A stretch of DNA of 62,751 bases, counting the filler, from Choristocarpus tenellus KU-1152 (taxonomy: Eukaryota > Protista > Phaeophyceae), in assembly GCA_964200185.2 (NCBI GenBank). It is 6 parts of 6 records of this genome, joined end to end, with 100 filler letters (N's around TTAATTAATTAA, not from the genome) between each part and the next. Parts side by side here need not be neighbours in the genome. Positions count along the whole stretch, not along the records: positions 38,179 to 59,647 come from CAXNAD020000339.1; 5 more parts are not named here. The stretch is one strand, 5' to 3'. Shown piece after piece: positions 38,732-53,600 of this stretch (within the stretch, counting starts at the first letter, position 1; each line of letters opens with the position of its first letter). Made by a program: the position numbers and the translations under genes. The notes under the pieces are model-generated. The model was not told where the DNA came from, ran no database searches, and saw only the letters and a list, made by a program, of their open reading frames with translations.

Positions 38732-41167
38732 ATTGACCAGAATTGTGAATCATTCTGATTTCTCTGACAGCATCGCATGTCTCACACAATTTCAGCTTTG
38801 AAACTCCTTCATGCTACATACAACACACCCACACACACACACACACACAAATCACCACATTTTTGACTAGAACATTTAGGTAAAGATGGTTTCTCAATAT
38901 TGAAATAAGGACAGGTTGGGCTACATTTAATTAGTACCATGAGAATTAAGTACCATTCTTGTAAAAAAAATAGAAATTAGTAAAAACAAGTGTGCAATAA
39001 TCCCGTTTGGCACGGTTTATCACAGCTGTTTCTTTTTATTATGTCATTTTTATTTTTGCAGTTAGACTCTGATACTAGTAGTGGAGTATACTTGGAGTAA
39101 GTAAAAAACTATTATTTTTTACTATTATTTTTTTTTGTACGTTCAGTAGTGCGGATCTTGTTTTTTTTTTAGCAAAGATGTAATGTGATTTCTCAGGCAG
39201 GGACATGATGTCACACGTCAGCGGTTTACACACAGGTTTACTGCACCTTGTTTGGTGGTGATGCTGCCATTTGCAATCACCTCTACCCCAACAGATTCTT
39301 GCCAATACTATGCAACACATATATTTTATTTTTATTTTTGAAATATAGCGCACAAACTGGTATACTAATAGCATATCAATAGGGTGAGTTTTTATTTTTA
39401 TTTTTGAAGTACAATGAATACATGAAAAAGGTAATAGAGTACTTTGCCAACAAATCTGTTTCTGAGATATATTTTTTTCCAGTGTTCTTTCCGTCCCAGT
39501 CCACTAATTTTTATTTTTCGGAGTTGGCTAGTCCAATCCTATTGCATGCCAAATGTGTGCCCAATCATATCGCATCACCATTCACCAGACATCCAATCAC
39601 TGCTACAACCACTGTGTGAACAGATGAAGACAGACAAGCAACCAAAAATAGCAGCAGAGCAGGCTCCAGAGGTGGGACAGATGATGATACTCCTGAGGGA
39701 GTGCTTATGCATTACAAATGTTTTTTGAAGTATACAATCCTTGCAACAGGTCTGCCCTCGTGCTATTCATATTCCTCAAACACCACGTAGTGAGCTAGCT
39801 GCAAGCACTGATGGATATGGATGTGCAATCACAAATTCAGACTTTGGGGGTCTCAAGCAAGGCACCTTACAAGCAAATCAATACTACCCAGTACAAACAA
39901 CAACTGCTACTGTACTGCAGAGAAATAAGCCGTATGAGGGTTGAGGTGACTATCATCGTTGATCAGGAGGAGGAAATTGATGTTTTTGAAAGCAGTAGAG
40001 ACACAACATTAAAAAAAATGCATGACCGATATATGGTGCACCCACTCTCGAAAGAATAAACAAGCTCAGGTTTGATTGGTCCATCAACTAACTCAGTATA
40101 GAACTCTATCTCCGCCATTTTCAACTCCTGTTCGAAACGTGCACTAGGATCAAATTCTTCCTTGGCTTTCATAGTTGGTGCAGATGTGTGTGTCGAGAGT
40201 AGCCTGAGGAGAGTTGGTGCTCACTATTGTTCCAATTGCTAGGGTGGAACTACTCAGTAAGTGTAAAATTGACTGCCATACCTCACCAAAAATCCAGGTC
40301 AAGGACATGGGCATGGTGGCATGGATCGATGTAACATTTCTACCGCGGAAGCATGCCTGCAAAGAGATCTCTTCCTCAGAAACTTCCCTCCAAGGCACCA
40401 GCATCACAAATAGCAAAAGGTCAGATGTTCAGATGTCCAACAACAGTGAGTGTGATATTTTATCATTTTGCCTTGTGCCTTGCGCCTTGTACCCTGCCAG
40501 ATGCAAGTCCTAACCCTAAGACTACCACATGCCTCAAAGCTTGGTGCAGGTTTTGATATGCCACCAGTCACTGCTGACTACAGTGAACTTTGAATTTAAG
40601 TTATCACTATTAATACAGCACTCCACACATGATGTTATACCCTGCCATACTCAAACATAAAGGATGAATCGTCATTTCCTTTGTCCAGGAAACTTTGAAA
40701 GTATAACCCATACGGCTCTGCCCTGTTTTTGGTGAACCCTGGGTGATCCTAACAAGGCACGGAAATGTGATTTTGAGCATATACTCTCTCTACCCTGCCG
40801 AAATTTCCTTACCTATTGCCCCTCTGTTCGAGCAATTTATACTGTGGAAGGGGCAATCTGCATTGGAAGTACATTGCAGAAGTGTGGCAGCCAACAAGAA
40901 ACGTGGGGCACTACAAGTGGTCATGTTCTGATGTGTCTGAGAGAAATGTTTATCCAACACAACGCATATTGGAGGGAGAATCAAGGACACCATAATATAG
41001 CACTCCAATGTTCTAGACGCCGTCCGAACCTTCTCAGCATGACAAAATGTTGGCTCCTGTTCACCTTCTCAATACCAACATCCTCTCTGGACTTGCACAT
41101 CTCAAGTTATCCTACCCACAATATGCTTAACCCTCATGCTGGTTGACAACCAACACACAATTTGCAG

Positions 41168-41605
41168 CAAGTCAGAAGGAGGAGAAGAGACTTCTTTGGA
41201 GACATCCCCTAGTACAAAACACGATTCATATGAGAAAAGAGATTCTGAGGAGCATGAAATGCAGGAGAGACTGGCTGCGGACGTCAGGAGCTTCTTTGAA
41301 TGCATCCCCAGGGTGACTCAAGTCCAAACCCAGACATACTGGATCTGAATTAACGTTTCTACTATGATATCGAACCTTGGTGATTCTCAAGATGGCTAGG
41401 CACCTTCCAACAAACCTAAGGAGGAGGTGGACCATTGCACATGTGTACCAAGTTCATCCATCCCTTCATCCAAACCTCCTGCTCCAATATGTTGATACTT
41501 CTTGTCAGAGCTCGGCCATAATCAGAAAATTTCCAAATGCACCATTTGGAAATCTATATCACACCCTCACATCCACAACCTGACCCTTCCCCTCTCTCCT
41601 CATTG

Positions 41606-41638
<33 letters not shown>

Positions 41639-44600
41639 TCTCCCTGTCTCTCTCCCCAAAACCAATCCTCATTCATGTGGAAGGACTTTCGAGACAAGAT
41701 GGGCTTCACAGATGTCCTTGTCAGCATAGTGACCATCCGCTCACCTAACTCTCAACTCGCTGGCATTTCCACAAGTGATTCAAGCAGAAAACAAGCTTAC
41801 GAATCGAAGAAGGCGCACCTAAAGCAAAACAAGCTGATGCCTCGGGTGGTCACTGGAAAAAACAAGCAAGGGCAAGCAACAAAGCGGGCACTTAGGGTGG
41901 CTTTTTTCCGTAAGGGCAACCTATTTCAGGTGGGACTCAGGGTGGGCATTGAGGGCTGAGCACTGAGGGTTAGACTTTGAGGGGGGCAGGAGGGTGGAGG
42001 CGAGTGCGGTTGACGGGACTATCAGGCTTGGGGGGGGGGGGAAACCATGAACACAAACACTATTCCCAGGCAGTAGGTGAGGTGAATGAGTGAGATCAAG
42101 TGAAGACAAATATTCCAAGTAGTAGACCATTTTTGTACACAACATGCCATTTCTTGAGTGCACGAATGAGACAGGGCGTCAGAACCATATCCCTGGCGTT
42201 GAATGCAATTATCCCAACCATATCCTTCTTCTCAAGCTCTCCCTTAGGAAAGCACAACCAGAGAACTCTTTCATTGCCCCGTTTGATCGACTCATATGAG
42301 CACCTTCTATGGCATACCCACATCTCATGACTTGACCCGCAAAGGAAATAGAGAATCTTTTTGGCAACAAAGACCAGGGTGAGGAGGGTTCTACTGCATT
42401 GCAGAGGCTGAGACTTCCATTGGAAAACATAATTCGAAAACTGATGGTGCAGGTAAAGTGGGTTTCAAGAACTTCAGGTTACTGCCAGCTTGCACAAAGC
42501 CTCCCTCATAAGATGGGATAGCTCTGTGGCAAGTCAGCATTAAATAAGCCACTTGCACTCTATTTTGCACCTGTACCAGGATATTCACATGTGTTACGAC
42601 AGAGCTAGTCATTCTCTATGCTGGCTTTCCTAACTGTGCAGAAGCACTCACCCTCACACCCATCAATACTCCGTGCTGAAGATATTTTTTCCTCTAAGCA
42701 GCAGGAGTCCCATTGCTGACAGTTCCACAATCCAATGCAATTGAACTGTGTAGGTCAAAGTCTCACCTCTCAAGAGTGTAACCAACACCTTTGATGACTG
42801 AAGTTTAACTGCAGCATCAAGTCAATCCTGTCCAACTGCTGTGGATGTTTCTGTCTCTTCACCAAAACAGGTAAACCTAAGTGTAGGCCTCCGAGAAATG
42901 CTGATGGCAATGGCTCCCTGGACTGACTTCAGGTCGAGGTGAGGCAAAAGATGTTGGTGTTGAGAGGGTCAGAGAGTAGCAATGACAACAGTTGTAGGGA
43001 AGGGGCCTGGCATTGGATCAGTTAAGGTCAAGCATGAAGGCACAAGGCTGCACACACGCTGAGCTCACTTGTTCAGATTGAACCCTGATTTCATGTTACT
43101 TGGGCTTGCGCACTGTTTCCCTATTTTACTCAGTAGCCTTTGCCAACTACTTGCCTGGTTGGTGGGGACACTTTTTCATGACTCATGTCATCACCACGAG
43201 GGTCTCAGTTTGCACTAACAATGCTCCTTTTTTGATCTGGTGCTTCATCTGCTCAAGTGTCTCCTTTCCTCGTCTTGGTACCCCATAACTGTGTATGTTG
43301 GGTGGGTGAACCCTGTCCCTTCTGGTGTGCTGCCTTCCACAGGCTGTACGGCCCCCAGGAAGAAGAGCTACCACAAGAACTGCTAGATCCTTGTGCTTTT
43401 GCCAGGTATGAAGTGCAGTCCTGGGGGTTCAATTTTGGTTGAGGAATGGGTAGAAGATAGGATTGGATCTAGAGTTGGGGTTTGGCGAAGATATTATGCT
43501 GGGCTATTTGCTATCTTGTGGGAGTCCAAGCCCAGCCATAGTTGGTGAAAATACAGTGAGGTTGTCAAAGCCATGGAGCACTCGCTCTATTTCTTATGAT
43601 GTAGGTGTTCCCTCTTAAATTGTCTAGCATGACCAAGACCATAAAGATATCGAAACACTTCCCAGATACTCAATAGTTGTGTACTTTCAATAAGGAAAGC
43701 TTATTTGGATAAGTTGGATGCTATATGGGGTAGAATAGCACCTCAACCCACCTCTACTTTGCAGACTGGAAAAATGAATAAGCACCAACTTCACGTTGCC
43801 ATCCCCACCTCTAACCAAGAAAGCCTCTTTGAAAGTGCCGAGACTTCACTATAGCTAGAACTGTGACTTTGATAGTCATTTGCACTTCTGGATCCACTGA
43901 CCTGAGAAGGAATCTTGTGGAGGAGCAGCAGAGCCTGTCGTCCCTTGCCGATCAAGTACCCACAATGGGATTTGACCGTCTGAGGTCTTTGCTGGCAGAG
44001 CATGGCATGAGCCATGCTGGGACCCTTGGAGAGCTCTCTGCCAGGCTCAAAAAAACCCTGGACGGACTGGTTCGTCAAGCTGGCTATGGGGCAATAAGTC
44101 GGTTTGGAGAAAGGGAGGCAAGGAGACTGTTCCGTTTGGCAGACAAGGTGAATTGCAGGCACAGCTGGGAGCATGGTCAAATCGCCCTCTATCTGCATCG
44201 CTCTGAGTGTTATTATGTTGAGACAGAGTAAACCAGAGGTACCCAGTTTTTCAAATCTTTTGCAATTCATCCATATTTCTACGGATGAAGCACTGAGTTC
44301 GACTTCTGAGCGTCAACTTCTATTTTTTTTTACTTTTTGACACAATTCCAAAACAATTTCCTACACACATTTTGAAAAACAAGTCGAATTTTGTCCGCAT
44401 CCATAAGATGTAAATCTCGGTAGCTCGCGTTTGCTTTGCCTCAGTAGTAATACCAAGGGTAGCAGGCTTGTATCAGCTCTGACATACAAAGAAGTATCTT
44501 CAAATCAGTTTAGATTCCGTATTAGTGTTTTTCCCTTGGTTCTCCCTGGTCACTGCAATCCTTGCTACAGTATTGGACTGCGTGTACACACTCTGATGAC

Positions 44601-47600
44601 TGTGTCAGCCTGTGACTTTTGGAAAGAAAGCCAAAACATTGCATATGCCATCGACCTTTAGGTGCTGAGTTGCATGTCACACACTCCAGTTCTTCAAATA
44701 TTTATATTAATGCAGGTGTCTTGTAAATTTTGCTCAAAGTGGTTCAATTCAATGCACGATATTTGAACCCTAGGTATATGTGAGTAGTTTGCAAGTCTTT
44801 CCTCACAACGGGATCATTTGGGAAATAGGGCACCATAGTTGGGTACTCTAATCTTCTCCAGTCACCGTTAATATATACATAGTAAGTACACATAGTAAAT
44901 ATACATAGTAAATATACAGCAAAGTGTTTTGCACTGAGTGTGAGAGCTGAGACATCATGCCTTCTGATGGATGTGTTGGAGTAATGGCATTACAAATCAC
45001 AAGCACCTCGAGCTATTGCTCTCTCCGCTGTCTTGTTTTTCACCGACAGTTTCCTCAGTCTTTCAGGACTTGGTCTTATTTCCCTTTCTGCAGGACGGAG
45101 ATGGAGGGCTCAGTTTCTCAGAGATGATCGACCTCTTCCGCAGAATGGGACTTCGTGCCCCACCCGAGGCCATGGCTACAGAGCTAGAATATTTTCGAAC
45201 AATCAAGGTATGTTCGTGAGTTTTAGAGGTTGATCGACTCAAGGTGACAACAACGATTCCTCTTTTGTCGACTAAGTGAATGGTGCAAAAGAGGAATACT
45301 CGAAAGTACTTGGAATGAGGTATAGCTAAGTGCACAATGAACTTTTTTCCCAAACACCCGTGTCATGGTAAAAGGCCAACTTCTACAGGAGTATGTTCTG
45401 AAACATGAGAATCAGAATGAGATGGGTGCAAATTGTAGAAGCCCAGCTAATATTCACACGACACAATCACATTTCAACCCTCTTAGCCCCATTAGTCCCT
45501 GCTCCTGCTTCTCGAAACATTTCCCAGTCAATGGGTGTGAAAGTGAACAAGCATGGGTTTATCACTGAGGACGGTCTACTTGCCTTTTATCGGGAGTTTG
45601 GGCGCCTGGGAAACGACTTGGAATCCACCGGGGTAAGCTAAGGATGACAAAGCTGTGGAGGTGCTCTACACGGAAGATAGATACCATGTTACCCATTAGA
45701 GCTAACAGTCGACGCCTTCCACTCACCACTCACCACTCACTGCTCTACACATACAACCCCCACTACACAATTGCTATGTGCCATGCTCAGGCAGGCTCTA
45801 TTGACTCATTGGTTGACCTGAAAGTCTCGGTCACTGGTGAGGTGGATGCTAACGCCATTGCAGCTGTTGAATCCCTCCTAGAGGTGCACCCATGCCTTGA
45901 CGGCGCTCTCAAGTGCTGGACCTTCCTTGGGCAATTTGCTCATGACACACACTTTGATTATACAGGCCAGAGTCTGGTTGAATGGTTAGCTCCTGAAGAA
46001 GGAAGGTGCTATAGCAAATGAACACTCTTGCCTGTATGGACTATGTAGTACTAAGTACTACTTTCCCCCTAGTTGCTGCAATATATGTTCCACTCCTGAA
46101 TACTCCGTTAAAACGCCTGATACTTTTAGATGGTCACCGCTGTTTGGGATCATTCTATTGTCTGCACATACTCCGTATAATATTTCCTAGTAGATTGGGG
46201 GGGGGTTGCATGGCTGACCATCTTGACTGTGAGCAATTTTGCGTTTTGTAGACTGGCAACACCTATAGTGCTGTTCAGTGACCCATATTGATCTAGAGGG
46301 GGGGTCAGGCGTCCATTGGGAGCCTGTGTGACCCAGTAGTGATTTCCATGTCATTTGAGGGAACGTGTCAGACGTAAGATCACTTTTTCATCTGAACACA
46401 CCTTCCTTTTCAATCCCCTTGCTGAACCAAAGTTAAAGGAAAATCACCCCAAAAGGGGGCATCAAACTTGGATATTTTACAACACCTCATCAAGCCCTGA
46501 ATGGACAACCTGGGCTAAACACCCTCCCCCCCTTTAAGATAATGCTATGGCTCAGTAATTACTTGTATATATGTATTTATGTGTGTATGTATGTGTATAC
46601 ATACATGTGCGTGTGTGTGCGTGTGTGTGCATGCCCCCAGACTCATCAGTGGGTGAGGTCCACCAGGACAATGACCACACAACCCAAATTTGATCATCTT
46701 CTTTACATCTATGCCTCTTTTCTCATACGGCAGTGTGCTGAGGTCATGCCTGCTCAAACCTGGTGGAGTGGCATTGGCTGTGAACAGGTGTCAGCAATGG
46801 TTAGCAGACGGAGCATATGGGGTGAACACAACCACCACATTACCAGCATTTTTGTCCCTGAATCTCATCTCCACGGCAGTGTTGCACCTACGCAGCAAAT
46901 ACCACCTCAACACCAACATCTCTAAGGGGCATTGACACTTCTTTAACAAAATGTTTTGTTGTGGTGGTGTGATTGTAATGGCCACTCCCCTCTCTTTCAA
47001 AGCTCTGGTATCTATCCTGTGTGGAAGTATCCTCCTCATTCTCACCGAAAACACAACCCTCACTCCGTAGGTGATACCTGAGTGCAGGCAAGGTGTACTG
47101 AAGGCGTTGGGGGAGTGGTGGTCCCACCCCCCATCTAGCGATTGGACAAATAGAAATAGAGGAGAGAACGAAGATGATATTAGAGAGAACACAGTGTCAA
47201 ACGACAAAGGGGGGAATCACACGACGGCAGCGAGGGAGAACATGGCCACAGATGGAACAAATGAAGGTCTTGTCTCCCCAACCATGGGGGAGAAAGAGGA
47301 AAAAGTGGAGAACTTAGAACACATACAGTCACAACGTCCCAGCAAAAACTACCGCCAGGAGATGAGAGACACAGCCAACAGACAGGGCCATAGGGACTCC
47401 TCAGGCCCGCTAGAGGTATCAAACGATCTCAAGGACTTGGGCCAGGGTGAAGTGGAGGGATGCTGCAAAGCACTCATGGGTGAAGGAAGTCACCAATCCT
47501 TGCCCTCAACACCAAACAGCTCTTCACCAGGAGTGATCTTGGCCCCTGTATCAGAGTCACCTAACCGCCTAACCAGTGATGCCAAAATTAGAGCAAATGA

Positions 47601-50600
47601 AGGAAATTGTATTAGTGAGGGACAGAGAGCAGAGGCAACAGGCGAACATTTACAAACAATGAAAGCAGAGGATAACCAGGACTTGGCAAGCTGCTTCAGC
47701 GTTTTGACAGAAAGCATGAGCGAATCTGGGGGGTCTAGGGGTAGCTCAGGGCCAGAGGACCAGGTGGATAAAGAGCAGTGCGAGGTAGAGGAGGAAGAAA
47801 ATAAGGTAGGCTTTGGGTTCTGGGTACCCTTTTATTGAGAACACCACTCTGCAGTTACACCACATGCAAGATCCTTAAGGGCACTCTACAGATTTGACAG
47901 ATTGCTAGTATCCCTCCATTGCTTCCACACTGAAGGAAGAGGAAAGGCTAGAACTTGAGGACATCCTTGTTCCTGCTGGATCAATCGAAGAGCTCAAGAT
48001 TCTCAACACCGAGATTAGGAGACTAAAGGCAATCTTGGGTGCCTCATTGGCTCCAAAGGTACGAACCGATTTGCAGTTATGGTGTGTCATTCATGTAAAG
48101 ACTGTGTGGGACTTTGTAAGACTGGGTTTGCGATCCACTACACTATGACTCCTCCTTCATCTCCAAAAATGTATTTTATTCCAAGTGCCAAAAAAATCCA
48201 GCAATCTTCTGGCGCACCCACACCCACATCAGATCAAAGAGGCTATCAGTGAAAAGCTGGTGACTGCTGAGAAAAAGGTGGAGAAACTCAATGATGATTT
48301 TGAGGCAAGTATGAGGCAGAAGTGTTCGCTATTGAAAAAAATACAGAGATGTGGGCAAGGGGGGCAATACCCTCATTCTTTGAAGTGTGAACCATACACA
48401 AATAAAATATAATGTACCAGTCCGTGGGCATATGGCTTTGTTGTACCTCAGTGCATCTTTAAAAGATTGGTCTTCACATTTGATTCATTCTTGCCCTATT
48501 TCTCCTCATTGCATGTACGTATGATACACATCTAGTTGAGTTCCCTGTAGATGGATAATCACCACCGAGCTGGATTTCAGTGAACAGTTGCACATAGCCT
48601 CCAGCAAAATCTTTGTCTCATTTCAACCTTCCCGATAAAGAGCATGATGAGGATGAGGATTAGGCAACTGGCGGATTCTGTAGGCACTGCAAGTTTGGAC
48701 CGTGATGTCCCGTGATGCCAAGGCTGAGATTCTCACCCCTAGAAGATTTGCAATGTGTAGATCACCCAACCAGAGTCCTTTGCTCCTCCGGTGTGTTCAA
48801 ATACACTCACAAACAACCTCGCAGGCCGCCACCATGGTGTCTATTGCCAGAGGTTTGAGAGTATATGACATTGCCCGTGTTTGTCTTGAGGAGGTCAGCA
48901 CCATCGGCATTGGGACTCGTAGGGTGAGTGAGGTATACAGTACACATGGTACTCTTTCTGAAATGTTGAAATGCAAAAAATTAAATACCTCTCTCTTCAT
49001 GTTCATTGGAGGGCGATGATTGGAAGGTGATGATGGACAATCAGCATTTGACGTGTGATCATTTCTGGACAATATTTGTTTTGGTACACATCCTAACAAC
49101 TCAGTTATCAGGTCTGTCCATGTATGATGAGCACTTGTCAAGTGGTGCACTGTAGTGGGCGATTTTGTTTGTTTGTGATCCCCCTCTATTTTGCAATGTG
49201 GGCCTCTATGGCATACTTAATCTCCCAACAACACCACTCACTTCCCACCCCTATCCTCTCCTCCAAACATGAGCACCCACAGGTGACTGCTCGGCTGCAT
49301 GCTTCTGGATTCCCCTTATTTGGCCTGTTACCTGCAGGTCTAGGAGAGCCCAGCCCCAGCAGGTTTGAGAGTGAGGCGAGGAAGAGCAGGGCAAAGGCAA
49401 GGCAGCAGGCTACATTGGAGGAAATCAACCAGGCCAAAGAACGCCAGGTACTTGGTTGATGGTCACGCTCAACAAAACCCAATGAGTCAAAGAAGTTTAG
49501 AGGGTATGGCCGTGTCCATTCAGGATCATAAATCCAATGTTGTGATTTTGATTATTTTTGGCTATCGTGTTTGTTACCAAGTGTCAATATCCTTGCTCCG
49601 GACACACCTTTTCATAGTCATATACATTTTAGGTAACAGTGTTCACACAGAAAACCGAAAAAGGGCAAAAAAACAAGTGGGAAGCCAAGCACCAAACTGA
49701 CAAACAGGGCAAAACTCCTACTCTCTTAAATGCTTTGGATCTTTGGTTGAGATCAACTTGGACAAAACTATATATATACATAATTGTATGAATATTTCCA
49801 ACACTTGAGTTGTTCTTGGAAGTATGATGTAGCCAAGGTTAGAGCTAGGTTCCTTCCCCCTAGAATGTATACGTAGTATAACAATGTAATAGGTTACCCA
49901 TCTGTTGGGATATTATTTTGGTGAAAGGGAATATACCTCGGGCATGGTCTGCACACCTATATATATACATATATATATATATATATGATGTACACACAGT
50001 GTTTTTCCTGTTGGAATGCCTTGGTATTTCACAGAGAACAAGACAACAGTTGTTGTAATGAAGTGCCCTCCCCACAAGCAACGATTCCCCAAAGCCTCCC
50101 TCCCTCTCGTAGTTTAGAATTTTTAGCCACCAGCAGGAGGACTCACTATACTAGAGGAGTCCGTTCCTTACAAAAACATCTTCAAAAAAATCGTTTTCTT
50201 TGTCTGAGTCAACGTATCTTTGAGGGTAGAGTCGCGTCCATTTGGGGACCAAAATCAAATTTTGATATTTTCATGTGATTTTGACTTTGTCGTATTTGTT
50301 AGGAGGTGTCAATATCCTTCTTCCAGACACACGTTTTCATAATGTATACATATTACCTACTCCAAACCATATCGGATTAGGTAAAATGTCATGAAAAACC
50401 CGTGGAATCAAGCCCCAAATGGACAAACAGGGCAAGACTTGTACCTTAACCCTAAGATACTTTCACTCATCTTGTGGCTGAGCAAAAGCATCTTAGAGGG
50501 TAGAGCTGCATCCATTTGGGGGTCAAAATCCAATATTGCAATTTCGATGTAACTTTGGCTATCGTGTTTGCTACGAGGTGTCAACATCCTTGTTACAGGC

Positions 50601-53600
50601 ACACCTTTTCATAACGTACACATTCTACCTACTCCGAAATATTTTGAAGTAGGAAAATGTCATAAGACCCCAAGGGAAGCCAAGCCCCAAATGGACAAAG
50701 AGGGCAAAACTCGTACCCTCTATGATACGTTCGCTTAACTTCAATGCCGTCCTTCAACTCCTGCCCACAGTTTCCCCTACTGTCATGAATGCCCAATGTC
50801 CTGTTGCAAATTTTTGTTACCGATATCCCGTTGTAGGTCCATGAACGAGAGGAGAAGATCAAGAAGCAGGCAGAGGCAAAGATACTACAGGAGCAGGAGC
50901 AACTGCGCCACGAAATCAATCTATTCGAGAAGGGTTTGATATGCAGGTAGTTTGTTTTGTTTGGGAAAAGTGCACAGTATCAAGCCACCAATCCAATCAG
51001 GCCCCCAACGGTTTAACATCCTCAAGCTCTCCCTTACTTAACCTCCTCTCCAGCTGTAGGTGGGTGCGTTTGTGTCGGCTTAGGGTTAGGGTTATAGAGT
51101 TATTGTTAATATCCGTGCAACTTATTATTCTCTTATCAAAAGTAGATTTATGACGGCCAGGGAGTCAGAGCATTTTATAGGGTAGGAGTTTTGCCCTGTT
51201 TGTTCGTTCGGGGCTTGGCTTCCCACTTGTTTTTATGCCCTTTTTCAGTTTTTTGTGTGAACACTAACCCTAACCCTAAAATATATAGGACTATGAAAGC
51301 TGTTTGTAGAACAAGGATATTGACACTTGCTAACAAACACGATAGCCCAAATTAATCAAAGTCGCAACATTGGATCTATGACCCCAAACGGACGTGGCAC
51401 TGAAGGCAGTAAAGACATGTCATTTATGAGGGTTAGGGATTTGAATTGAAAGTAAAGACACGGTGGACTTGTGAGGTCTTCTAATCGGCACACTTTATGT
51501 AGCCAAAATAGAATTAAGATAGTCAGAGGAAGGAAATAAACCTTCGAAAACCGTCAATTATTGTTGAGGTGACTTCAATTTTTGTAGGGGTTTTGCTAAA
51601 TCTCCCATTGTCAGCATGGTGACGGAATTTTGACAACACAATCCATAATCTTACACGTAGGGTTCCCTACTTGAAACTCTTGATGGAACATAGTCAGAAC
51701 TTTCAGATATGACGAGCATTTGTTGAGAAAAAAAAATTAACTACTGCCTCTACGGCTACCCTGTACGACTGGCAAAAGAATGCACCAGACAAAGTGTTGT
51801 GATATCTGCTTGCAAGATCCCCAGGCCCTAGACCCTAAGCCCTAGTCTCACTTTGAGGAAGTTCAAGAAGGTTCTGGACAATGTACCTTGTCAAATGACA
51901 TGATATTTCTATGTGTGTTTCTCCAACTCCCAGTGATGCTATGTTGTTCATCTCATCCTGTGCTATCTCTTGTGACATCTTCTTGTGATATTGCCAGTAA
52001 GTGTTTTTATTCTTTTACATCACCAGAAGTCGGGTGGCGAATTGCTGTGTTGCTGCCAGCAAGACCACTGTGACCATAATATTGTTATTTCAATATCGTA
52101 AGAAGGCTTCACTAGAGGAGAGAGAGGGCCCCCTATGGATATCATTTTCTCAGCCACACCGTGCATCCTCAACTATCCACAACAGAGAGAAGTCAGCCAC
52201 GCGCCCATCTGAAAAGGTGCTTGCAGAGCAGCACTGGAGAAGGCTGGTTGCTCTTCGAGTGAAGAGCAACAACAATACACCGGCAACAGTGGCAGCCCTC
52301 AACAACCTCGGTGTACTCCTAATGGAATTTAAGGAAACCCGTGGGAAGGAAACTGAGGGACTCAATCTACTCGAGGCATGAGAGATTGTGTATTGTGCTA
52401 AGTGTTTAGGAGTGTGTCATGGTGTGTCATAGTGTCCATAGTGTGTCTTATACATGTCGCCGGTGAAGAACACTTTACACAACAGACTCTACCCCTGGTT
52501 TAGATGAGGTCCTAGAGTCATTGGAGAGCGTAGATAGGTGTTGACCCTGTCTTGGCCCGATCTCAATGTGAGGGGACTGCGCTAAGGAGGAAGATGACTG
52601 AGTGCACAGAACAATCTCAAGTGTAGACCGATTCTCCTCCTGCCATTTCAATGCTTCTCCTTCCTTATATCTTCACTTGTTCCTTTCTTCTCTTGTCACC
52701 TTGCTCTCAGGCTGCAGTATCAATAATGGAGGGTCTGACCTCAACCACAAACATCGATAGTGGTACAGAGACTGAAGACGAAAGTCTTGCGGAGGACCTG
52801 GTGATACCTCTCCTGTTGGCCATGAGTAACCTCCTCTATGCTTTAGAGGGGGCAGTTGAAGGCCCAAGAGTTGCGGGTTCACTGGACTTGAGGCAGGGGG
52901 AGAGGGACAAAATGATAGCAAGGTTAGTTGGTAGTGACTCCTTCCACACTTACTGGATAACTTTTATCAAAGTGAAATGAACAGGGGATCTACGAAAATG
53001 TATACTGTCAAGCTTTGTGATGAGGAACGTCCTGAGCAGACCCAAGGACCTGCTGGCAAGTTCTTAATCATAATGATAGCTTTAGTCGTGCATGTAGAGG
53101 TATCTACAAAGTGACAATCACCCTGTTTGGCTACAGATATCCTATCACACACCATTATGGTATAACAGAGTTTGAGTATACTTCAGGCATAACCATTTCA
53201 ATAGTGTGTATATCTACCCAGCCCTGCCAACCAAGCATTTTTCAACCTTGGGTTGTAGCTTCAGGCCCTGTAGTGATCATACCCGCCTCACCATCCTGCA
53301 AAAACAGCTCCTTTCATTCACACACTCGCCGTGCCAGTCATACCACACACGCCCACAACGGACTATTCCAACTAACCACTACAATGCTATTCAAGTTTCT
53401 GACTGACCAGACCTCCTAATCAACATTTTTTTTCTCATTCGTGTGTGTTAAACCCTCGCGCGTATCTAAGATGTGAGGCAGTCCATGCAGGACTCAAGCC
53501 GGAGGTAGCAGAGCAATGCACTTCCTGGCTCTCCTCAGGAGTACCCATGGTTCTGTTTGTCGATGAAGTGTTGTGGTGGAGAGGGCTAGAAAGGGAGGAA

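Noticed and set aside
39963-40172. Protein-like minus-strand ORF MKAKEEFDPSARFEQELK...
   Set aside because: No recognisable family or supporting exon chain, and it overlaps candidate plus-strand upstream exons of the large gene.
49484-51400. MITEs acting as introner (intron-creating) elements
   Set aside because: The copies lie inside larger introns and their ends do not coincide with splice sites.
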